Assembly: GCA_039096225.1 (NCBI GenBank)
Contig: JBBPEB010000033.1
Span: forward strand, 744,001 to 808,000
Direction: 5' to 3'
DNA: 64,000 nt
From: Blastocystis sp. Blastoise
Lineage: Eukaryota; Protista; Bigyra: Opalinata
Under the pieces are notes generated by a model. It had not been told where the DNA came from. It was given only the letters and a program-made list of their open reading frames with translations, and did no database searches. This document shows, piece by piece, positions 48,738-64,000 of this stretch. Position numbers and translations under genes: made by a program. How positions within the stretch are numbered: position 1 is the stretch's first letter; each line of letters opens with the position of its first letter.

Positions 48738-48823
48738 ATTGTTATCCACACTAAAAAGTTATCGAAGAATCAAAATAAAACTTCTGTTCCTCTAAAACAT
48801 TCTGAAATGAACTGAAAATCACC

Positions 48824-48833
48824 TTTCCCGCGA
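48824..48833 (+). promoter_or_regulatory. E2F-like site TTTCCCGC in the divergent promoter upstream of MCM8
   Basis: Exact TTTSSCGC consensus ~140 bp upstream of the MCM8 ATG in a very AT-rich spacer. Confidence 0.45.
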
Positions 48834-48963
48834 ACTAGACAATTTTTCAATTATCATTATTCTCTCTTAAGAACGTTTATCGTTTATCTGATTATTTCCA
48901 TTCGTTTAAGAAGATTAAATAGGAAAATAATCGAATAAACCATTCATTTATACGTCCATTGAA

Positions 48964-53535
<4,572 letters not shown>

Positions 53536-53837
53536 ATCTAGTCTTTATATATCTTTTTTATTAATTAGTTTATATACTCTATCATTCTTGTATTATTATA
53601 TGTGTATGTTGTTGTTTTTAATTGCTCCATATTTTTCTATTCCACTTTTTTTTAATTTTCTTTTTCTATTCTTTTTTTATCTTTTTCTGAATTTTTATTA
53701 GTTGTTCGTTTTTATGAGTTTTTTCTTTATGTTTAATAATACATATATATTATCATTTCAATTATAAAAGAATTATTTTAAATAGCAACAAAATTCATAA
53801 ATTCATTAAAAGAGTTTCAATTATGTCCATATTATAT

Positions 53838-54705
53838 TTATGGATACATATTTATATTCATAAATGGAATAAGAGCCATAATAAGAGCATGTTTATAATA
53901 TTCAGTTCTATCAATAATATCATGAGTTAAAATACCTATCGTTCTATAAAGATATATGAAAAATAAGAAGATAATTATATATAAATACCCATTAGTATGA
54001 CCAGTATTATGTTTCTATAAAAGTATATTATAAGAAGTATTATTATTTAGTATAGAATATAGATATAATTCTTTAATACAAATGATTAGTTTAATAAATA
54101 TAAATAATTATATATATATATACTCCATAAAAAGTATCATCTGCTTTTCCTAATTCCATACCTCCTATAATAAGAATAAGAATAAAAAATCATATATAAA
54201 AAAATAAATGATTATTATAATAGATATACCCTTCACTAATTTGGATATTTCCGGAGGAATCATGAATTCACCTGTTTGTCCAAGTCCCCATTTATCTAAT
54301 AAAGGAGAATAGACAGCCATCCAAGCAAATAAAATCATGCCCTCATGATAATAATTGATACCATAATCAAATGTTTCCTCCCTTAATCCACCCTATTTAT
54401 TGCTTATAAGAATATGTTTATATAATTTATAGAACAGATTATAAAAATACTTCTAATCCAACAACAAAATCAGGTAAATGATCATGTGTTTTCTTCCAAT
54501 CAGCCAAGGCATTCTTTGCACGGTTAATAGCACCAAGACGAGTCTCATCTCCAAAAGGTTGGTCAGGAACATCACTAGAACATGAAACACCGACAAATTC
54601 AAACTCAATATTAGGAAAACATTTTGTAAATGCTAAGTTACAAGCATTAATTTTAACTTTATTTGTTGATCCAACAAGTACAATTTGTTTATTAGTGGAA
54701 CTCAT
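53838..54705 (-). CDS. Inosine/xanthosine triphosphatase, YjjX/PRRC1 (NTPase_I-T) family
   Basis: VGSTNKVKI, SDVPDQPFGDETRLGAINRA, VGLE|GG, GMELG..DD, IGILT..IDRTEYYKHALIMALIPF; 4 GT-AG introns. Confidence 0.88.
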
Positions 54706-55387
54706 TATGAAATAGAAAGAACAATATTTATTTAAAAAAAAAGAAATTTGTTATTTTTTTTTATAAACAATTTTTTATTTTCTATAATAGTTATATGGGT
54801 TTAGTAACTATTATACAAAGCTTTAAAATACATATACAAATAAAATAAAATGTATCAGAATTTCAGTTGAATTTTATTAAGAAAACAGGTCAAGAGGTAT
54901 GTTGTACGAATGTAATAACATTATATGAGTCATTTACATAATTCTAAGATAATAAAAGAATTAAAGTCAGTTCATTTCGATTTTTGAAAAATATAAGTTT
55001 TATATAAGATTATTACTGTCGAGTTTTATTATATAAATAGCAATTCGAAAATTTACGAAAAATATTATTTTGTATTTATATATGGATGTATAACATAGTA
55101 CAGATAATTTAATGAATAGTTTCAATATCCATTACGCAGAGTGGCATGGAAATGATGCATGAAAATCATTTTTTAGGATTAATTTTTATGTAAAATGCAT
55201 GAGAACATTTTAGTGAAACTAATAATTTAGATGCTAATAAAAACAACACAATCTATAAATAAACGAAACAAAGAGAGAAACACACAAATTTTTTTTTTGT
55301 TCTTCGTTATTTTACGTGATATATCAGTAATAAGTAGGTAGGAAACGTGAATATATATACGAACGTATTATTTACACAAGTTTGAAA

Positions 55388-56825
55388 ATGGGAAACTTTT
55401 CTTCTTGTATTTATAAAGGTTCAAGTCGATATTTGAGATTATCATCTAGCAAATCTTCAAAGCTTCATGATATAGTTACTTCTACAAACTTCAAATGGAT
55501 TGACAAAGAGGATTATAAAATACCTACATATTTATTCACAAATGTCAAGTATATATGATTAGAATAGATTGATGGTTACAAATATACTATTATTATATAG
55601 TGCTAAAGTGTTTATAATCTATTGTCATGCAAATGGAGAAGTTTTGGATGATCAGTTGATAACACTATATAAGTATACTTGGGAAAGGTTTGGTATTCCA
55701 ACAAATGCTATTTTATTTGAATATCCTGGTTATGGATTGATGAAAGGAGAAGCTACAACAAAAGGATGTTATACATGTCTTTGTGATGTAGTAGACTATA
55801 TTATGTCTATAAATGACAAACATTTACCTATTATATTGTATATATTATAGATTATTTTATTAAATAATTTTTTTGTTTATTATTTTTATTATTGTTGTTG
55901 TTAATATATATAAATATGTATATATATATATATATATATAGGCATGGTCGCTCTATAGGTGCTGCATTTGCTAGTCGTTATGCATCAGAAAATGATATTA
56001 TAGATGGTATTATATTAGAAACACCTTTTTCAAGTATTCATTCTATATTTTCGGGGTGTTGTATCAGTTTACGTTGTTGTTGTCCGGATATATTATGTAG
56101 TGAATATTTACATTTAATTAAAGTACCAAAATTAATGATTTATGGAACGAAAGATCCGTTAAATCCACAAAAATCTCAAGATGTATCCTGTTTTTTATTT
56201 TTATTTTTAATAATCGTATTATATGATTTTAAAAATAATAATAAATATAATATATAATATATAATATATAATATATAATATATAATATATAATATATAAT
56301 ATATATATATAATATATAATATATAATATATAATATATAATATATAATATATAATATATAATATATAATATATAATATATAATATATAATATATAATATA
56401 TAATATATAATATATAATATATAATATATAATATATATATATAATATATAATATATAATATATAGGAATTATTAGAATATTTTGATACAGAAGATCATGT
56501 GCTTCGTCTAGCTAATTTTAGTCATAATAATATTCCATTTGGAAGTAAAAAATCTAAATTATTATGTTGTATTCCTCATACATGTTGTTGTATGGTAATT
56601 CCTCCAGTTTCTGGTCAACAGAAGAAATATTTTGAAATATTTAAAGAATATATCACTTCTATTATATCCATGACGTTAACAGATTATATAGATACAACTG
56701 TGAATACAGATATAGTTATTACATCTATAATAGTACCAGATTGTGGACAAAATAAAGTTTCAGAATCTCTAGTTAATCAAGAAATGATTCCTCAAGTTCA
56801 AAATGATGAGTATATTGAAGAATAA
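55388..56825 (+). CDS. Alpha/beta hydrolase, ABHD17/ABHD13-like
   Basis: MGNFSSC (lipidation-type N-terminus), YCHANGE, EYPGYG, GRSIG nucleophile, YGTKD, SHNNI; 3 introns. Confidence 0.82.
56247..56463. repeat. Intronic (ATATAAT)n heptamer array
   Basis: Tandem 7-mer filling the 3' half of intron 56183-56465. Confidence 0.9.
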
Positions 56826-57102
56826 GAGGATTATTATATATTTTTCACTTTAACATTTTTCTTATATGTATAGAATATATTGTCTTTTAATTTTTCTAAT
56901 TTTCAAGTATATACAATCATTTATTTTTCTTTGAAGTTTTTTTTATAAAAAAAAAAAAAAGAAAATGTTTAGTTCACATGTCTATATCTGAATATATATA
57001 TAAACAAAACATAACAAGTAGAAATGAATTTATAAAATAACAAACAGATAAAAGCTTAAGTATTAAAAGATCTGAAAGCATCTATATTACAGAACAGCAC
57101 TT

Positions 57103-57552
57103 TTAGACGATAGGAGCAGTAGCTTCAGTCTTAGTAAAGAATTTATCTTTAACATAAGTGAATAAATATAAGCAACCACAGAGAATTAAGAGAATAGTAT
57201 CAATCCAAGGGAAAATACCACTAGCACCAAAACACATGAGAACGCCTAAAACAAGATAACAAGCACCTCTGAATAAAAAGTTTTCTAAGAACTTGAGTTT
57301 TTCTTGAATATTTCTGCAGAATTCAAAACATTTAAATAAGAAGGGAATTTCTAAAAGAAGAATGAAGGCAGCAGCAACAATGAAGAGAATGTTACACCAC
57401 CAAGCACTAGTAAAACCAAGGAAGGCACCAATAAGGAGGACACCAACAAGGATAGATAAGTAATGAGCCCAAACATGAGCCTTGAATGTCTTTAAGTCAG
57501 ATCCGACTTTATCAAAAGTATTTTTCACGTAACTGGTAGCAACTTGTTCCAT
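57103..57552 (-). CDS. Small multi-TM Golgi protein, TVP15/TVP18/COPI-associated-like (intronless)
   Basis: 149 aa with 4 hydrophobic segments; LLLEIPFL and KFLENFLFRGACYL patterns. Confidence 0.6.
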   Translation of the reverse strand: MEQVATSYVKNTFDKVGSDLKTFKAHVWAHYLSILVGVLLIGAFLGFTSAWWCNILFIVAAAFILLLEIPFLFKCFEFCRNIQEKLKFLENFLFRGACYLVLGVLMCFGASGIFPWIDTILLILCGCLYLFTYVKDKFFTKTEATAPIV

Positions 57553-58295
57553 AGTGAAGACAATTAATAAGAAAGATAAATATGAATCAAAAGTAAATCA
57601 TAGACGACACTCACTACAGAACTGAGAAACACGATTCAGTTCTTATGGTATCATTCTTTTCTTTTTCCCACGATTATTCTGCAGTTCACCACGGATCCTT
57701 TTATTATCTATTTGGGATCTATTCTAGGAGATTCTGACGTGTTTCTAAGAAAGACTGTTTTTTTACTATTCAGTAATATATTTGTTTTTCTTCTATTTTT
57801 TGTTCTTTTTCCATTATTATTAGATGTAATTCTAATAGAATATCTTTTTTATCTGCCTTTCTTTTATTGGTTCTTTCAGTATTTTTCTCTATTAAAAAAC
57901 TCTTTTTCTTTTATTTAATGATTTTTCTATACGTTTTTTAATTCACTTTCAGTTTTTAGATGTTATTTTCTTACTGACTTTAAAATAGTTGAAAGAAAAT
58001 TCATGAACTGTAAGTAATAGAATAAAAAGAAAAAACTTTGTGTTAATTTGTTTTTATGAAAAAATACTTATTATATTGTGATTATTACAATATATGAATG
58101 AACAAAACAATTATTATTAGATATATACAAATTACTAATATATAATATAGAGTCTAGTAAGATAATTTATTGAGAAAAAGCTTACAAGAAAAAGAAAGCC
58201 ATAAGCGATAATTAAAAACATGTGTATGTAGGAAATATCACAGGATTATAAATATATAGGTATTATGAAATAATAAATAGTACAATAGTTTAAAC

Positions 58296-60001
58296 TTAAA
58301 CAGCACCACAGAACCAACTATCGTGAGTCTTAAACCATAAATTAGCATATGACATTTCAAGGAAAGGTTGACCAAAGAAGAAAGCTAACCAAGTAATAAT
58401 ATTACCAATGAAAGTACCATCAAATCTACGAGATACAATAGCCATAGGAGCTTGAACAGCCATACCAAGTAAGAAGAAAGGAGTAAAACAACGGAACATA
58501 ACACAACAAACTAATTCATGAATAATACCACTGAAGAGGAAAGTAGCAGCACTATAAAGATTATTAAAATAGTAAAAATATTTATAAAATATATAGAGTT
58601 AGTTAAATGAATAATAAACATAATAATAATAAACATAATAAACATAATAATAATAATAAACATAAACATAATAATAATAATAAACATAAACATAATAATA
58701 ATAATATACGAAGCAGTAGGTTTACTGATATTACCATAAACTTGAGTTTCAACATAGACATGTCTTAAACACCAAACGTGAACAGGCTGATTCCAAGATC
58801 TCCAGAAAGTCTAGAGAAGATCATTATTATTAATAAATATAATAATAAATAACAATAATCAATGATAATAAATATAATATATATATACACCAATATCAGT
58901 AGCATTCCACCAATCAGTATAAAATTGTCTATCAGCAAACATAAGAATTTCAGCATCAATGTTAAGTAAACAATGGAATAACATATAGAAGCCAAATAAC
59001 CAAACACAGAAAGCAGGAATAGCAACAGAACAGATTCTGCTAATGAATGAAAGGGAAAGATCCGAAAGATAAGGAGTGATAAATTGAACAAGAATGAAAT
59101 AGCAAACTAAGAAACAAAAGATGGCTTGAGTTAACATACTAATAAGATAAGAAACTCTATATATATATAAATAATAATAATAATAATAATAAATATAATA
59201 ATAATAATAATAATAATATATACCTAATTCTATCCGTCTTAGGATAAGATAATTCATAAACAAGAGTAGGAGCAACTCTAAATAAATAAAATATATAAAT
59301 AAATAAAAATAAATAAAATATATAAATAAATAAAAATAAACAAAAATAAATAAAATAAATAAATAAAATAAAATAAATAAATAAATAAAAATAAATAAAT
59401 AAATAAATAAAAATCATACAAGAAATAAAGATAATGTCTCTTAGAAAGAGGGATTTCAACTTTATTGGAACTAGTATTATTACGTTCAAAAGCATAATTA
59501 GTGAAAATGAAAGAGTGTTGTTTTAAGGCAATACAAATACATAACATCATAGGAACAGAACAAATAAAAGGAGTTAAATGAGCATTCCAAATAACATAAG
59601 TAGAACTACCAATAAAAGCAATTTGAAGGATAGCATACATAGTGAAGAAGATATAGTTATTAATATGGAAACGAACTCTTAATTTCTCTAAGAAGAAGAA
59701 ACAGAAGGATAAGCAACCAAAAGCTATAATAGATAAATATAATTATATAATAAATAAATATAAAAAAAAAAAAAGATTAATTATATAATAAACAAATAAT
59801 AAAGAGAATAATAGCAGAACTAATAACTCCATAAATAGTAGAAGGACAGTATATAAATTCAAAATTAAAAATAAGACCACGACTTTCAAGATTATTCCAA
59901 ATAAGAAGAATGAAACAATAGATAAGATAGATGAAGAGTAAATTATATAAACCTTCAAATTCTTTAAATTTTAATAAACCAATTAAACCCATTCCTTTCT
60001 A

Positions 60002-60032
<31 letters not shown>

Positions 60033-60108
60033 ATGAATATAAATATAATAAATAAATGAATAAATAAATGAATAAATAAATAAATAAATAAATAAATAAA
60101 CAAATAAA

Positions 60109-60145
<37 letters not shown>

Positions 60146-61221
60146 ATATAAATATAATAAATAAAATACATTTTCAGAAGTAATAACATCAATTTGACTG
60201 GGTTGTTTTTCGAATGAATGAGGATAGAAAAGAGGTTTAGCTGTTTCAACTTCTTCTTCACTATCACTAGAAGTAGCTATATAATATGTATAATATAAAT
60301 AGAATATAATACATATAAATACAATAAATATAATAATATAATATAATATATATAAATAAAATAAATTTTAATATAATATAATAAATATATAATAAAATAA
60401 TGAATATAAATACTAGGTGCAGAAGCAGTCTTATCAGCATCTCCTTCAGGTTTAGGAGCAGCTACTTTCTTATTATTACGTTTCTAGAGTAAATAATTCA
60501 AATTATTATAATATATATATATATATATTAAATTTAAATTAAAAAAAAATATATTTATATACACTCTTGCGTTTTCTCAGCTTAACTTTTTGTTCATCAC
60601 CGCTAGTTATATTAAGCATAGTTTCTATAATAATATAAACATCAAAATATAATAAATATAAATCAACTCAAATAAAAAAATAAAAATAAATTTAAAAACA
60701 TACTACTATAACTATCTTCAAATTCATCAACAGCTTTTTCAAGTTTTTCTTTATTGACTTCTACAACTTTGTTGACTTTCTCAATATAAGGCTTAGGATC
60801 AGCAACAATTTCTTGAATCTTCTTAAAAGTTTGACTGACGGACTTCTTTAAAGGAGCATCAGCAGGTACTTCAGTAGTAGGCTTTTCTTCAGGTTCTTTA
60901 GGTTTCACTTGCTCTTTTTCTTGTTGCTCTTCCTTTAAAACTTCAGTCAAGATGTTACCTATATTCATTAAAGAAAAATTAACAAAAAATAAAAACTTTT
61001 ATATAAAAAATATATTTAAAAAAGAGTCACATACGATGAGTAACACTGCTATTAGCTCTGTAAGAATCTAAATATATAAGAATAATAAATGTTATAAGCA
61101 ACTAATGCACGTACGTCTTTTGTTGGCAGGAATCCAACCTTCATCATCTAAAGAAAGAAACAGATTTAAACAAAACAAAGTTATTCTTACTATCTTCAAC
61201 AATAGGATTTTCAGGTTCCAT
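58296..61221 (-). CDS. MBOAT acyltransferase, DGAT1/ACAT-like
   Basis: APTLVYELSYPKT, FADRQFYTDWWNA, FWRSWNQPVHVWCLRHVY, FSGIIHE (catalytic His). Several small 5' exons; ATG at 61221. Confidence 0.9.
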
Positions 61222-63291
61222 TTTTTATGCAATATATATAAATAATTATATCAAATAATCAAAAGAAATATAATTATATCTATAAAACTATTTTTTATAT
61301 ACTATGGAAAGTAAGAAGTTGTTGTAGAAAAAGAACTCTTCTTTTTCTTTTATGCAAAGTTATTTTTTTCAAACCACGAAAATGATGTTTTACATGAAAT
61401 TTCCTCTATTATTAAACAGTTACTGACTGATCTTCTTTAAGAACATCAAAGAATTTCTATTTGATTAATGATTTCTTATTACCAATCATTTATCTATAAT
61501 TTCTGGATGTTTAAGGATAAACCTATCAGGTAAAGTCATCTACTTGATGAATTCGACTGAAAATAGTCATATCCAAATGAAATAGAATTTTCGATACTCT
61601 TCTTTTTTGTACTCAGAGTTGTATTAAGAAATAATAACCAGTTATTTCTATTCTTGATTTGATGCTGTTTCTGAATTCTCATTCATTCATTTTTGGAAAG
61701 GAAATTATACGTGATGTATTATTTGAAGTCGTATTTCTTCTTCAAGTAAATCAATGAAAAATGACATGGATGTTTCAAACATTACAAAAACATCATACTA
61801 GGATCCTCAAATATGATTTTAGATTGAAAACAGTTTTTTTTTTCTGTTTTTATTGGGTGATACATCGTAGCGCTCAAGTATTTCTATTTTTTAAAATTGA
61901 TTTATGAAGATAAACAAAAATATTCTGTCGAAGCCACTATACTATTCAAAATAAAATGATTTTTTATTTATTCTCTTGTCTAATTGGATATATAATAATA
62001 TGAATAAAATGATTATATCATATACAAAGTCTTTCTCTGAAGATAGTGTTACTAATTCGTAAATTTTAGTTTTTCATATCGAAAATCAAATTCACTAAGA
62101 AAGAAACGTATTAATCTATTCTGTTAAATACTAACTTGAATCAACAGACTCTTTATATGCAAATTCAATGAACATTCACAATAAGAGATGATATTTAGAG
62201 GCATTCTTTATGGATTCTGTATATAAGCTAAATATTTTAATCCATGTTATACATGTATCTAAATGTAAATACAATTTTCATATGACTTTTAGTTCATACG
62301 ACCTGCTTAAATATACTACCTTGTTATTTTGAAAAGAATTGATTTCTGTTCTTCTTCTCATGAAAATATCACAATGAGTTAAATGAACAATAAACCAACT
62401 TTTTAATGAATAATAGTAAAAAATTATTTTGTATATATTACTTATTTTTCAACGATTTACTTATAAAAACAAGATTTATGATTGTCTCGTCTCCTCTATT
62501 TGAAATATATGAATATATTCTTCACACAATAGTAAAAGTTATGTGAACACTATATTTTTCTTTGAAAGTCATGAACATGCATTTAGGTCTTCTATCTGTC
62601 ATTATCAAGTATTCTATTACTTAAAACTACTCTTGATGTATCTATATATCATAATATACTATTTTATCTATTATTTCATCGAAAATGTCGTTAGAAATGC
62701 CGAATAAACGGCGAGAAGGAATTCCATTACAACGAAATCTATGTTTTGTGTTTTTCTCGATTGACGCACACTTCGACATAGAAGTAGCATGTAGCATCAT
62801 TGATTTCATTTGCGTTTACTTGAGTTCCCAATAGTTCTCGGTATTATCGAGAAAATGGCAGTTGCTTTATCCTTTTTTAAAAAGAAGAAAATCAATCGCT
62901 GTTTCTCAAAAGCAAAGGAATTGTGGTTCTAGAACAGACACACCGATGACGTATTGACTGTCATTTTTCTCTTTTTTATTTGCTTTTTTCTTATTTTTCT
63001 TATTTTTCATAGGAAAATCATAATTTTGAGTTAAAAAATTATTTTTTTTCGTAACTTTTTCGTTTCTTTTTTGGATCTTGTTTTTTATTCAAATACCGTA
63101 TTTATTTATCGATTTGATGGTTGAGACCATAAGTTTATATGAGCGGTTAAAAACAGTAAATAAGCCAATGAAAATCGGTATTAACATATCTTCTTTTATG
63201 ACTCAAAAACAGTCATTATACAATTAATAAAATAAAATAAAATACTGTTATTGACATATTTTATTTTTTTACTTGTTTTAGAAGTCTAGAA

Positions 63292-64000
63292 ATGAGATTT
63301 GTTTGTTTTGCTGCTTTACTTTGCTTGAGTTTAGCTGTACAGTATAATATTGATGCTAGTAAGAAGACTGTTGAAGTTCCTTCAACTCTTTTTGGTGCTT
63401 TCTTTGAAGAAATTAGTCATGCTGGTGATGGTGGTTTATATCCTGAAAAGATATTTAATAAGAACTTTGGTGACGATTTCCAAACTACTGGATGGTCTTT
63501 AAAATCTACTAAGGATACTTATGCTGTTATGAATACCGATAGTGAGTTCCCATTAAATGCTAATAACACTAATTCTTTAAAGACTGAAGTTACTACTGCT
63601 GGTTCTTTCCCTATTTACATTGATAATGAAGGCTATTCTCAAAGTGTATTTGTTGGAAAGTACGATATTGACTTATATATTCGTTATGTTACTAAAAGTG
63701 GAAAAGGTACTGCTACTATTCGTGTTTATAATCATTATGGTATTGGTAATGGTCCTCGTGGTGATGTTGAACCTGCTATTATTACTGTAAAGAGTCAAGA
63801 TCCTTCAGATACTACATATCAACATGTTACTGCTGTTATGAACTTTAAGAATGAATTCCATTGTTCTTATACAAGATTTGAAGTTACTCCTTCTGAAGCT
63901 GAACCTTTTGCTATTTATTTTGCTTATCCTTCTATTTTACCTGAAGCTAATGTTAAGAAGATTGGTGATACTTTTATTATGCGTAAAGATATGTATGATT
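63292..64000 (+). CDS. Secreted GH51 alpha-L-arabinofuranosidase (3' truncated by the window end)
   Basis: Signal peptide MRFVCFAALLCLSLA, then LFGAFFEEISHAGDGGLYPEKIFNKNF (GH51 N-terminal signature). Open and intron-free to the window end; absent from the ORF track because it has no stop. Confidence 0.85.
   Translation, partial: MRFVCFAALLCLSLAVQYNIDASKKTVEVPSTLFGAFFEEISHAGDGGLYPEKIFNKNFGDDFQTTGWSLKSTKDTYAVMNTDSEFPLNANNTNSLKTEVTTAGSFPIYIDNEGYSQSVFVGKYDIDLYIRYVTKSGKGTATIRVYNHYGIGNGPRGDVEPAIITVKSQDPSDTTYQHVTAVMNFKNEFHCSYTRFEVTPSEAEPFAIYFAYPSILPEANVKKIGDTFIMRKDMYD

Overview
This is an AT-rich, intron-dense eukaryotic (protist) nuclear contig, not a prokaryote. About 19 protein genes and one tRNA-Lys(CTT) can be reconstructed by joining exons across GT-AG introns. 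Most short Ile/Leu/Tyr-rich ORFs in the supplied track are artefacts of intronic (TA)n/(TTA)n repeats. Genes in order: giant repeated discoidin/Ig-like surface protein, MFS sugar porter, OTU deubiquitinase, IRE/MAST/Greatwall kinase, SAHH, Ap4A phosphorylase, SRSF1-like, PRCC-like, LeuRS, tRNA-Lys, PKA-like pseudokinase, ERCC6/CSB, transcriptional CDK, NIF3, FAM241-like, MCM8, YjjX-like ITPase/XTPase, ABHD17-like, TVP15/18-like, DGAT1-like MBOAT, and a GH51 arabinofuranosidase (truncated by the window end, missing from the ORF track). Gene content and the minor intron suggest an AT-rich Blastocystis-like stramenopile (inference). Main observations: many introns have self-complementary (AT)n termini in place of a polypyrimidine tract; LeuRS carries a clean U12 AT-AC intron plus an intron that needs a non-AG acceptor; the PKA-like gene has lost all three catalytic motifs; CCGCGG is in excess inside AT-biased exons; and the promoters of the two carbohydrate genes share motifs. 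All coordinates and splice models were read by eye.
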